64,000 nt of DNA from Eledone cirrhosa (GCA_964016885.1 OZ024741.1:222146001-222210000), one strand, 5' to 3'. Counted from the stretch's first letter, positions 12,001 through 26,715 are shown. Made by a program: numbers and translations. The notes: generated by a model from the sequence alone, not told the origin.

Positions 12001-15000
12001 ATCTTTAAAGGAAAGGAGAAGATTGTCAGATTGGACCAAGGAAACAATGTTTCCATTGGTCTTTTCATTGCTGATCAAAACTCCTGGCAGACTGAGCAAT
12101 GTGGAAATAAAGTATTTTGTTCAAGGATACAACATGCATCACAGTTTAGAAATTGAACCCACAACCTTATGATTGTGAATCACCCTAACCCCTAGGCGAC
12201 ATACAAATAATAAATACAAAAAAGGGAAATATTTATTTGTAGAGCTAAATAAATAATTTGGAAGTGTGTTGACTGAAACATGACAAGAGAAAAATGTAAA
12301 TAACCCTTTTTAACTTTGAACAGGTCATGGCTTTTTTAGTATCTAAGAAAAGTAGTGAAAGGAATGCAACATAAGTTAATCAACATCTCAAATGCTGATG
12401 CTAAATGCATCACTTCTTCATATGAAAATATGAATGTAGTACAGCATATTAAGATTTGTTAAATCATAGTATATTAATATTTAATATATAATAATATTAT
12501 TTATACTTATATATACATTATATATAATTATAAACAGGAAAGGTCAGTAATTCATTACTACCTTATTACCAGTAAGAAAAATAGCTCAATGTAATTACAT
12601 CAGATGTTTTACAGAGCAGGATAGTTTTATAATAGTTTTGATTATTGTGTAATTTATATTCCTGCTCTGTAAAAAATCTGATGTAATTACATTGAGCTAT
12701 TTTTCTTACTGGTAATAAGGTAGTAATGAATTACTGCCCTTTCCTGTTTATAATTATATATCAGTATAAATAATATTATTATTATTAACTGTTGAGTTAA
12801 CATACATTAAATTACCAGTATGCTAATCAAAGATTATCTTCCTATGTCTACTAATAACATACCAATACCATCCAGAGATACGTACGAAAAATTATTGATT
12901 AATAGTGTCAACTCTTTTATCAATAGAGTGAGATGGAGGACATTCCATTACGATAGAAACCGAACAGACAAAAACAGATGCAAACAATTTCGACTCTTAC
13001 GGCTTTAAAACTTTTAAAAGCCCACCTCACATTACCTTATTAAACTCTTTCGAAAACGATCTAATAAAACTAGTTAAGAACATAAAGTACAGAAAACATC
13101 ATAATAGAAACATCTTAAACAACCTTAACTCCACTATTAAAAGATTTAATAAAAAAAAAAATTCTAGTACATGCTGATAAAACTAATAATATATATAGCC
13201 TAGATTACGATACATATAGAAAATGTATATTTGAAGAACTACAAATGTGTTATAAGAAAACCACTATTAAAAACCCAGAGGATATAAATATAGAAGGCCA
13301 TAGTATAGTATGTAAATTAGGACTTCAGAGACATACACAGCCATACACCCCTAATCCCCCAAGATTCTCTCTGAAAGACCATAAGGAAGACTTTAATAGT
13401 AAACCTTCTATTTGCCCTTCCAAATCTGACATTGGAATTATCAGCAAAAAAATATTAGATAGAATCATCCCCCAATTTAAGCATAAAATATATCTTAACC
13501 TGTGGGGAAATACTGGTGAAGTTATTGAATGGTTCAATGATATTAAAGAGAATAAAAATAAAAAATTTATACAATTTGATATTAATCCATACTACACCTC
13601 TATTTCCCCTATCCTATTAAATAAGGCATTAATTATGGCTATGAACAATAGTGACCTTACTAGATCCCAAATTGATGTCATCCTTGTGGCCCGTAAAACC
13701 ATAATTGCATTTGAAGATCAATTATGGACTCGCAAGGATACACCTAACAACTTTGACATAACTATGAGATCTAGTGACTCGGCGCAGGTCACTGATTTGG
13801 TGGGTTTATATCTCTTAAATGAAATTCATAGGAATCTACCCTACCTCAATGGTGGTTTATACCCCGATGATGCACTACTTCTTATTGACTATAAAAAATT
13901 TAATATAGAAAGAACTAGGAAACAATTACATAGAATTTTCAAAAACTTTAACTTAGGTATTACCTTAGATAAAAACACTAAAAACGTTAACTTCCTTGAT
14001 GCTACCCTTTGCCTGGACTCTAACATATATACACCCTTTCATAAACCAAACGAAAAACTACTTTATGTAGATACCAACTCTAACCACCCTAAATCCATAT
14101 TAAACTCAATTACTAAAGGAATATCAAATAGAATCTCTACTCTATCATATAATGAAACTAACTATATTTAACAGTAATTCCCAATACTATAATGAGGCCT
14201 TAGCTAAATCAGGCCATAAAAATGAAATTAAATTTTTACCTATAAAATCACCTAGTTACAACATTATTTCTCACAATATGGCCATGAGGAAAAATAATAG
14301 AAGTACTAGCCACTATAACTCTAGTACGAAGGGTAATATCAAACTTAACTCGCACCAGAATAAACACCCCAATAATAATATAAACAGAAATATAAACAAT
14401 ACCTCAAATAAAAATACAAAAAACAAAAATAGAAGAACTAATACATTTTTCAATCCCCCTTTCAATCTAAACGTTTCTACCAACTTGCCTAAGGCTTTCT
14501 TCTCAATCCTAGAAAAAACTTCCCAGTCGGCCACAAATACCATAATCTTATCAATAAAAATACCATTAAGTATCCTTGAAAAAGACATGTTGCTCCAGTT
14601 CACTCAGCTGGAAAAAAATGAGTTGCAACGCCATTGGTGCTAAGCAGTATAGTTGTATCAGCCTTTGCTTTCCCATTGGACAATGTAGATGGCATGGAGT
14701 GGGGTGACTGGTATGCATTGGTGACTGCTGGTCTCCCACAAAACACATTACCTGGATTTGTGCTTTGAAGGGGAACTTTCTTAGTGCAAAACCCATGGTT
14801 ATTCATAGCCAAAGGGGGTCTTTACCCATTAACCTTTAATTATCAAAGATATTCTTTCCTTCAGTATTACCTATGTTGATTTAAGCTAACAGTTTGACAG
14901 TGTATAACATAATATAATTGTCAAGGATTTTATCTCTTAAGACTGTACCGTCAGTATTACCCACATAGATTTAAGGTGACAGTGTATAATGCAATATAGT

Positions 15001-16620
15001 TGCTAAAGATGATCTGTCCTAAGTCTCTACCTTCAGTATTACCTATGTAGACTTGAAGTGACAGTGTACAATGATGATGTCCTTTCTTAAGACTCTACCT
15101 TCAGTTTCTCCTCATACTGGACCTTACACTATCTTAAGAAATAAACATTTCAGTAAATGCAATTTTAAAACAAATTATGTATTTCATGGTTCTCTATAAA
15201 CTTATAACAATTTTATAATTTTCAAAACTGTTGTGAAACTTCCTTTGACAATGGCAGTCTTGTTAATAATTATAATAAAAATCTATAATATATTTCTGAA
15301 TTGAGAGAAGTTTATTGTCATTTCCGTTTTATATTGTCCAACCCATGCCAGTGTGGAAAAGCAGACATAATCATAAATTATATAATGACTAGCAGAAAAC
15401 CACCCGGTGGGGCGGTTTTCTGCTAGTCTATATATCTAAAACAGAGAATGTCTGTCTGTCTGTCAGCTCACTAAAACTTGAGAACCATCCAACCGATTGT
15501 TTTCAAACTTTAGACATGTAATACTTATGGTCCTGTGAGTGTCTAGAGCAAAAATTATTTCAAATTTTCAATGCCCTAGGGACCGCATTAGGCGATTTAG
15601 CGTTCTCTCTATATAATTCTTAGTCTTTCTTTTTAGATAGATACATAGATATAACGTTGTGCCCTTATAATATCTGTCTGTATGTCTGGCTGTCTGCATT
15701 ACGTCATTATGACGCGCTCAGCGCGATTCCCTCGGCCTCAGTGACCAAAGTCAGTGGAGAGGGGAAGGTAATGTTTCTGTAGCACGTGTTTTAGCGTCTA
15801 TTCACTCTCTCTCTCTCCCTCTCTCCCTCCCTCTATCCCCCTCTCGTAGTCTGTCTCTTTCTTTCACTCTCACTCTCTCTCTACGCACCTGTTTCCACTG
15901 TCGGACAGACAGAGAAATTGCTGGTTATATATATAAATAGATTATGACGAAGATGCTGATGATGATGATGATGATGATGATGATGTTGGTGATCATTATC
16001 ACCAACATCATGTGTTAATGATAATGATGACGGTGTTGACTATGATGATGACTGTGTTGACTATGATGAGGATGATGTTGATGACGATGATGATATTGAT
16101 GTTGCTACTGAGGATGATAACGATGACAGCAATGATGATGATGATAGAATTGTTGTTTATCAGCAGAAAATTCTTGATTGAGCAGAGATATGATCAAATA
16201 TATTCCAGTTGTGACCATTCCATATTTCATGGAGAACCTAGGACTGTTTTCAAATGTCTCCCCATCTTTTTTAAGATGATAGAATGCATAATTTGAATAA
16301 GATTTTTACTGCTATTTCCAGCAGGTCGAATGATCACATTGGCTTAACAAGGAAATCGTTTTTAATTTTAGGTATGTCATGGACCTGATGGGAAACTCCA
16401 TATGAACATAGTATGCCCTGTCGATGTAGAAGCTCAACCAGGGCACTCACTACCTGATATACAAAGTACACAATATGCTACCCAGTTCCTAAAAGAAAGA
16501 GCTATGAATAAAAGCAAGCAACCATTCTTTTTGGCTGTTGGTTACCATAAACCTCACATTCCACTGAAATATCCAAAAGCTTTTCTTGGTAAGTACAAAT
16601 ATTGAAAAAGTGGCTATGCT

Positions 16621-16654
<34 letters not shown>

Positions 16655-19246
16655 GTAATATCCATAGGTGTTAAAAGGGAAAAATGAAAACGGTGCTCAA
16701 TTGGGAAGAGATCAGTAATATTATATTATTTATTCATGTCCATACATGAAATAAAAGCACTACCTAAGGTTTCTAGGTCCAATATTGACCATGTCTCCAA
16801 AATGTAAGAGGGATGAAAATTGTGACCTATCTTCAGGTGCTTATATGAGTTTATAAGATATTGTTAAAAGTAATGCATGATAAAAATGGTAGTTTACGAA
16901 AAAGGTATTATAACTAAGGGAAATAATTCCAAAATGTAAATTTGAAAAGTGAGACCCACCAAATGCAAAGGCACTTGATTGGTTGTGAAAAATATGTGAT
17001 TTAAGCCACTATTTCAACAGGATGTGGTAGGGGAGAGGATGGGTTTGTCCAAGAATTCTTCTTATCCCCACTGATATCCCATTTCAATTCAAACGATTTC
17101 AATTTCCAGTGGGTCTTAGTTTTGCAATGACCATCAACAAATCAAAAGGACAAACATTTTCGGTTGCTGGTTTACACCTTGAAGAGCCCTGCTTCACCCA
17201 TGGTCAGCTTTACGTTGGATGTTCAAGGGTAGGAAGTCAGATGGAAAAACAACAAACATTGTTTATACAAACATTATAAATTGACCCAATTAATAAAGAA
17301 ATCCATCCTCATCAAGACGACTATCCTTCCGGGAAGACATGGTCTGACATGGAATTTAAAAAAATTGAAATAAACGCATACTATTATGATTATTTACCGG
17401 CAAGGATGAACTACTCAGCTAGTGTGTATATATATCTATACATATATATAAAATTGAAATTGTGTATATATATCTATACATATACATAAAATTGAAATTG
17501 TGTATATATATCTATACATATATATAAAATTGAAATTGTCTGTGTGTGTGTGTGTGTGTCCTAAGTTTTGCAAAGTTTATACAAATCCACATTTCTACTC
17601 CGATTGACTTCAAACTTGCATTTATATATTCCTTGCGGTCTAAAGATATTAACTGCAGCTTTTATTTTTCAATTTTCTATTGTTAAAGGGGTGATAGGTG
17701 CCGGTTATCGATCTCCGTCGCGCCTTTATAATATATGTCTGTATGTCTGACTGTCTGCATTACGACATTATGACGAACACGTCATTGCTGACGTATTATC
17801 TTCGCTATTAACGTTCATTGCCAGGGAACGTCTTCCAAAGTATCGTCTTCCTGTTTTCCTTCGGTTGCAACGTTTTTCAAAATATTTACTTCTGCGTTCA
17901 CAGATTGATTTTTTTTAGTTTCAGAAGATCCCGTGAAGGGTGAAAGCAGCGATTCTTTGCTTAAACTTTAATCTGTTATTTTAATATATAATATAAGTGA
18001 GGCAAGCCAGCCCAGATTAACAATTACACTTGAGAATACCTCTCCGATGGTTGGCTTATTTTTCAATCAGTGTCATTTACTAATTTTTTGGCAGTCAATC
18101 CTAAGACATTCCCACTTACCCCAGTTGCTTTAATATTTTTTTGCAATACTTCCTGAGACATAATCGCTTACCCCCGTTGCACACATTATTATTGGGGTTA
18201 GTACCAAGCCATATGCCCCATTACGTGCATAGATAGAAATAGTGGATCTTTTTAGAAAGTCCCCGCCAAAAAATATCCCCACACCTATGTTAAAAATCAC
18301 ATACGCTGGCATTAAGCGGTAATTTCTATCTATATTGGTACATAAGCGAGGAAAGCCAGCCCAGGTTACCAATTACAGTTGAGATTACCATTCCGACGAT
18401 CGGCTTATTTTTCAATCGGTAAGTGTCAGCTACTAATTTTTTGATAACATATCCTGAGACATTTCCACTAACCCCAGTAGATAGAAATAGTGGATCTTTT
18501 TAGAAAACCCCTGCCAAAATATCCCAACACCTATGATAAAATCACGTACGCTGACGTTAAGCAGAAATTTTTTAATTTTCTTTGCCAATTACCAACTAGG
18601 AATAAATTTGTCACAGGCAACTATACGTTGGCTGTTCAAGAGTGGGAAGCAAGACAAATATCTTTGCATATGCCCGACACAGAAGAACAAGGAACATTGT
18701 GTACAAGGAGGTGCTACAATCATTGTTTAGATAGACGAGGCAGATGGGGATATACACGATTGGCTGAAGAAGGACGAGACTGTTAGTAGTACGATCAACA
18801 GCAGCAAAAACAACAACAAAAAAGAAAGGGAACGCAATTACATGCTTTTGAAAATTCTTAATGGAAAATTATTTGCCTAAGTACAAAATGTAGACACCAT
18901 CCCCAGGTCGAGGTATTCTGTACTTCTCTGTACTGTTTCAGAAAGGAGGGATAAACATGGCAATCTATGTTTAGAAGCCCGAGCAACGCCGGGCCATTCT
19001 GCTAGTATATATATATATATATACATGTACATATATATATAGGTAAGTTATTCCGGGTTGAATCGGAGGTAACCACAGTAAGTAAGGTACTCAATACATA
19101 GCAGAGTATAAAAGTTTTAATATAGATGAGATTCTACAGGACTAGAACTGTTTCATTCTTGAGAAATCATCAGTAATCTGACTGTCCAAATAATGATTTC
19201 TCAAGAATGAAACAGTTCTAGTCCTGTAGAATCTCATCTATTTTTA

Positions 19247-19333
<87 letters not shown>

Positions 19334-22300
19334 TAATTAGAAAGTGAACAACACAATATATTCTAGGGTCCTGAAACCTTTGGTAATGGAGTAGTTATAA
19401 TTATAATGTAAAAATAATAATTGTTTCTACTTTAGGCACAAGGCCAGCAATTACCCAGTGCATTACTGGTACTTTATTTTATCGACCCCATAATAATAAC
19501 AAGTCTGATGAGCAAATTTGTAGCTGTGGTTAAGATTGGTTGATGTCACCAAATGCACTTTGTATTAGTAATTTGGTTAGTGTGGTGACTAGATGAAAGT
19601 GTGTGAAAAAGGTGATGCTTTGTCGGTCAGTTGTTCATTGTAGAGTGGTAGAATTGTAGAAGTAAATGTTGGCTCGATGGGTGTTTCTGTGAATTGCATA
19701 TAAGTGCTGTGTGAATGTTTATAATTTTATGGCAAATGAATTATGTGTCTCAGTGAGTCAAGATATGTGGCTGTATTTGTTTCCATAACCAATAGATGAA
19801 AGTGAAGCTGCAATTAGCAATATTCAATGAATAATAACAAATGCAGCTTTGTTAATAATTTTTATCAAGAAATAACTTACATTGAAGTTATTTTCATGAC
19901 ACAGGAAAACAACAAAGAGTAAAAGTGTTGTGTGATTGGTTTTGTGTGAATACTGTAATAGTCTGGAAAGATGCACGGAACTAACCTTTTTTGGAATCAA
20001 TGGGTCGGAGAATCTGTTGCCAATTACATTGTTCTGGTTGCTGGATCAACCCGAACTGGACTGCCTGATGGACAGCAGCGAGCAGACTATTTATGAGAAT
20101 CCTGTTGCTGACAAGAAGCAGATAACTCCAGAAATTGTATTTTCCCAGACAGTTTGGTGACTTGAGACCCCAAAACCAAGGAAGTAAATCATGCTAAATA
20201 CCATACAAAGAAAATTGCTTATCTATTCCTAGTTCCTGTGACCAGAGGTCAGTGTCTGTGGTCATATGATTTATTTCACCAACCGGGGAAAAATAGTTCA
20301 AATCTCACTGCATAGATTTCACTACAGAATGATGCTAGAGTTGGGTCTATAACACAAATATGGATCTTGAGCCAATCATCTTGAAATCTACATAACTGGT
20401 TGATAATCAATGAAAACATTAATGTGAAACTTTGTCTTGTTAGACTTAATTTATACATTTTGCCTTAGCATTGAGTGCTTATATTGGCTCTACCTCCAGT
20501 AACCCACAAAATTACTGAAATTATTGAACAAACCAATATATATATGTGTATATATAGTGTAAGTGATTCAGTGAATTACTGGTGTTGGTGCCAAAGCAAG
20601 CACTCTATGCACTGGCAGCGTGTACATATTAGAAAAAAAGAGGAAGTTTTGTTTACATATATAAAATATTTATTGTGTATTGACCTTTTATGTGCGTTTC
20701 GCAGAGGATTGGTTCAAGGTCACACATAGGAGTTATGGACCGTGTGACAATAAAATGTAGATTTTTCTAATATATATGTGTTGCCGAGTGGTACCTGCGC
20801 GAGCGGAAATGACCACTCGGAAGGCCTCCACGAGGGTGGAGTTACGATTTTAAGAATACGATTGGGAATACATGGATGAGGAAAGCACAATCCAGAGAGG
20901 AGTGGATGGCGTGCTGTGACCAGCGGCGCTGAATGGACGCCCGACAGACTGGTCGGTCAAGGTGATATATATATATATATGATGATTTAGTCAGAAGAAG
21001 AAAGGTAAAACCTATCACTCTTTGTTGCAAGACCTCTGAAATTGGTTGGAGAAAGAGAGAAAGTTATTCTCAGGAATGAGACTAGACTATAATCTTTGAA
21101 ACTGGTGGTTAAATCACTGCATTGCAGTCAAATGAAATTTTCTTTTTAAAAAAAAAATTTGGCATTTTTTTTTTTTACTGATTAAAAACAACAACAATCC
21201 AAATTCTTAAATTCTTTGTAGACCTGTACCCTTTGTCTAAAATAAAACTACCAAGAGAACACAATTATCCTCCTGGTCTTCCAGCAGTAGCTTGGAACCC
21301 ATGGCTTGATCTACAAAGAAGAGAAGATGTTGCTAAACTCAATGTTAGTTTTCCATTTGGTCCCATACCAAACCATTTTCAAGTAAGTGGTCATATAGGT
21401 GTTTCTTTATTTCATCTGTATATTTAATCTAATATATATGAGGCACATGGCTTAGTGGTTAGAGCATTGGCCTTGCAATCGAAAGGTTGTGAGTTAAATT
21501 CCCAGAATGGGTGATTTGTTGTTTTCTTGAGCAAGACACATTATTTCATATTGCTCCAGTTTACTCAGCTGTAGAAATGAGATGATAGGGACTGGGGTCC
21601 CTATCATTCCACTGCAAAGTGGTTGTGGAGGTGCCACGGCAAAAAAGCACCCAGCCCACACTGTAAAGTGGACGTGTAGGTGCCACAGGAAAAAAAGCAC
21701 CCAGCACTCACTGTAAATGAGGTTTGTGTTAGGAAGGGCATCCAGCTGTAGAAATCAAGCCAGAATCAGTTCCTGTCCCACCCTTGCAAGCAGAGGAAAG
21801 CGGACGTAAAATGATGATGATGATGATGATATGTGTATATGTAGATTGTGAGTAAAATCGGGGTGCAGGGGTAGGATTGGCAGTGTCGGTAGAGAGTCGA
21901 ATGCCATGCTTTGCAGAATAGTTATGGCCCTTTACGGTCTGTGTTCAAATCCTGCTAAGGTTAACTTTACCTTTCATCCTTACGGGGTTGATAAAATAAA
22001 GTACCAGTAATGTACTGGGATAATTGTTGGCCTTGTGCCAAAAGTAGAAACAATTATTAGAGTATAAGTATCAATTATTATTTAATATAGAAATGGCTTC
22101 ATATGAAACCACCAGGAATGCCAAGTGGCATAGAGATTAGTTGATATTTATAGGTTCCTAGTGGTTGGGGATGGTGGTGGGGTCCTTGTTTTAAGGAGAG
22201 AAAGGAAGGGGTGGAGTGGGAGATGTGGTAGAAATAATGGGAAGAAAGAAATTACAAAAGATAGAATTCTTTATATATATATATATATATATACATATGT

Positions 22301-25300
22301 ATATATATATATATATATACAAATGTATATATATATATATATATACATATGTATATATATATATATATACACAAATGTATATATATTCTGGCTTGTCGCC
22401 TTCTCATGTATATGACTTACGCAGTCGCACTATCCACACGCCTGCATATGAATTGTTATTGCACCCTTCCTTTCTCAAAACTACTTCCTCAATGCCTCTT
22501 TAATATTTGGACTATTCCCTTGTTTTAACTGTTGCATGTATTCCACTCCGTGCTTTTGATTTTGATTTTAATTTCATTTTAATTTTAATTTTAATTTTAA
22601 TTTGATCTTGAATGTTTGTACAATTATTGTACAATTCTCGTAAAATATATGTCATCCATTCCACCCTGTAAATACGAAACTGTTGCTCACAACATCAACT
22701 TATATGTATTATTGTTCAGTTGAATAGGAGGCTAATTATATGTGCAAACATTGATAATGCTCCGAATTGATTGTCAGCTATTAAATGATTGTCAGCTATT
22801 AAATGATTTGAACACAACTTTGATAATTGTATAATTTATTTATTATATATATATATATACATATATCATCATGATCATGATCATGATCATCATTTTACGT
22901 CCGCTTTTTCCCTGCTTGCAAGGGTGGGACGGGAACTGATTCTGGCTTGATTTCTACAGCTGGATGCCCTTCCTAACACCAACTTCATTTACAGTGAGTG
23001 CTGGGTGCTTTTTTTCCGTGGCGCCTACACGTCCACTTTACAGTGTGGGCTGGGTGCTTTTTTGCCGTGGCACCTCCACGACCACTTTCCAGTGGAATGA
23101 TAGGGACCCCAGCTTTCTACAGCTGAGTAAACTGGAGCAATGTGAAATAAAGTGTCTTGCTCAAGGACACAACACATCACCCCATCTGAGAATTGAACTC
23201 ACAACCTTTCGATTGCAAGGCCAATGCTCTAACCACTAAGCCATGTGTCTCCATATATATATACATATATATATATATACATATGTATATATATATAACG
23301 GCAATGAATTAGTTTTGCGAGGTTTTTGATATGAAATCGTGTGTCGAAATAAACAAATAAATAAATAAATAAACAGACTAAATAAAGATGGCGTAGGCAT
23401 ACAATGCAACGGGAGGAAACATAATAGCACGACTGATGATGTTGCAGATGTGCAACGAAAGAACTGTTAGACTATATATATGTGTTTGTGTCTATATTGT
23501 ATCTATCTGTATTTTTGACCGTTGGTCAGTCAATGGTAACATTGAGGACCAAATAAATTAAATTAACTGATATAAAAGACACAGAAGCGAAAACCAACCA
23601 AACAGTGAGTGTGTTCTGTTATTAATTCTGGCAATATTATTACACAAATATGACCCTCCCCAAGTATAAAAATATATATATATATATATATAACGAAGGA
23701 AATGTGGTAAGGAACCAGGTGGACCATAATGCACCAAAGTACTCAATACTTGAGGTAGTAGAGTGGGTAATAGGAACCAGTAAGACCCCGACAGCTGAGC
23801 TCAAGCCGTTTCGACGGCTAATTCTGGACTAAATGAAAATTTATCCTGGTATTTAAATAGCCGATCTTCTCAAGGGGTAATTCCATATATGGAATTAGCC
23901 GTCGAAACGGCTTGAGCTCTGCTGTCGGGGTCTTACTGGTTCCTATATATATATATATATATACATACATATATCATCATCATCATTATCATCATCGTTT
24001 AACGCCCATCTTCCACGCTAGCATGGGTTAGACGGGAGTTGTCCCAATTTGAGGCAAGGTTGGTCAGGTGACCGTGTCTCACTCATATAGGACTATCTGG
24101 CAGGTTTTCTAAGGCTGGATGCCCTTCCTAACACCAACCACATTTACAGTGTGGAATGGGAACTTTTTACCGTGTTACCTACACGGCCACATTACAGCGT
24201 GGGCTGTGTTTTTTTTTTTTGTCGTGACACCTACACGATCTCGATCTCATTATCTCATTTATTTGGACTAGATGTTGTGGTACCAACTTTACAGAGAGAG
24301 GGCGGTGTTGGTGGGAGTGGGAGGATGGAGTAGGGGTAGTGGATTGGGGTGTATATTTGGTTAAGAGGTGCCTACTGACTGTAGGTTTCACTTTGTACTT
24401 AGGCAAGGCGGGTCTTCTGTATTACTGCGTGGCACCAAAGATCTCGGTCCAGTGACATTGTCTTAGAGAGGTGTAAGTGTGTAAGGTCAGAATTTATCAA
24501 ATCGTCCCAGGTTTTTCTGGGTCTGCCTACTCCGTAACTTCCATCAATTTTGATCACCCTGCACTTTTTTATACAGCTGTCGTCTTTCATGTGCATCACG
24601 TGACCATACCAACGTAGTCTTCTCTCAAGTAAACAGCATCTGATCCCTCTTATTCCTAATTTCTCACTTAATTCATTTATGCTTCATTCCTCTCCTGTCT
24701 GCGCATATCCTCTGCACTCAATGCCCATGTCTCACTGTCATATAGCATTGCTGTTCGTATACAGGCATCATACAATCTGCCTTTCATTTTTTTCCACCTC
24801 ATTGCGTGTTCTCAGTTCAAATCCCGCCAGGGTCAACTTTGCCTCTCATCCTTTCGAGGTCAATAAAAAAAGTACCAGTCCAATACTGGCAATAATCAAA
24901 CAAAGCGATTGGGTTTATTAACAAAATTATTCAAATTAATATCACCCAATTAATTAATCAATAAATAAATAAAATATTAAAAATATTGATATATATATGC
25001 AAACCAACACATGGTTTTACTGATGCCAAACTATTAGGTTATATATACATCTAGTGAAGCCTCCTGTCCACACTGTAAAGTGGTTGTGATGGTGACACAA
25101 CAAAAAGCGCCCAGCCCACACTGTAATGTGGTCGTGTAGGTGTCACAACAAAAAGCACCCAGCATTCACTGTAAATATGGTTGATGTTAGGAAGGGTATC
25201 CAGCTGTAGAAACCAAACCAAAATCAGCTCCGGGTGAGTGTAACATGGTCATTTAACCTGATTCTCTTCCAAAGGGTCAGCCCGTTCTACCCATGCTAGC

Positions 25301-25331
25301 ATGGAAAATGAACGTTAAATGATGATGATGA

Positions 25332-25393
<62 letters not shown>

Positions 25394-26684
25394 AAGAGTC
25401 GGGACCCCAATGGCTGAGCTCTGGCCGTTTCAACAGTTAGTTCCAGACTCAGCTGTTGAAATGGCAAGAGCTTAGCTAAAGGGGTCCTAACTCTTTGATA
25501 TAACCATACTCTACCCTAAGTATCGAGTACTCTAGTGAGTAATGGTCTAACCAGTTTTTTTACTGTATCTATCTTGATTTATCATCATCATCATCATCAT
25601 CGTTTAAGATGAACGTTAAACGATGATGATGATGATGATGATATATATATATATATAGTATTAAGTATACTATTTATGGTTATGCAAATACAAAAACCTT
25701 TTGTAGTTATATATATTTTTATATAAACCCTAAATAGTGGTAGGCAGTAATATATTACTACCTTATTACCAGTAAGTTAAATAGCTCAATGTAATAACAT
25801 CAGATGATTTACAGAGCAGTTATATGAATTATAAGAATCAAAGAACTGTTCAAAACATTTTTATGCTTACCGTTTAACGTCCATCTTCCACGCTAGCATG
25901 GGTTAGATGGTTTTGTTCCATTTGATGCAGGAATGGTCGGGAGACCATGCCTTGCTCACACGGAAGCATCCCTGGCAGGTTTTTTACAGCTGGATGCCCT
26001 TCCGAACACCAACCACATTTACAGTGTGGTTGGTGTTCGGAAGGGCATCCATTAACTATATATACATATATATAGTTAATGGTATGTAGTTGCCTAACTG
26101 CAATTGATTAGTCTACACATTGAAAATGTTGCTCTCTAAAACTATCATAAAACAATGGATTAATTAACTACTTCAGCTTGTCTTATTTTTCATAGTTTAT
26201 TATTACATTTCTGACTGATACTTCAGTCTACTGTTATGTAGTATGTTCACACTCATGCTAGATTTTGAGAGTTTTCGCTCTGACCACACACTGAAAATTA
26301 CTAACAATGTATTTTCCACTACACAGTCTACACTCACCCATGTCAAATCATGCAATAGGTGATAACACCATTTGAACCTCTTCACCATTTGAGGCATTTT
26401 ATTATACTAGAACTGTTTTCAACACGCTGATGTGTGTGAGTGTATGTGTGTGCATATGCATACATTTATATGTATGAGTATATAAATATAAATGCTCAAA
26501 CACAGGCACACTTACAAAAATACACATTCACAGACATACTTTAATACAAACACACATACATTCTCACAAACACACACACACACATTTACACAAACACATA
26601 CACATATATTCACACACAGCATAGCAAATGTAACACTAGCTGGTGTTTTGCTAAACGTTTTTCACCTGCCCCTTCCTTCTTTTT

Positions 26685-26715
<31 letters not shown>

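Noticed and set aside
21440-21500. tRNA genes
   Set aside because: The A/B boxes are SINE heads; there is no acceptor stem and the sequence continues into the SINE body.
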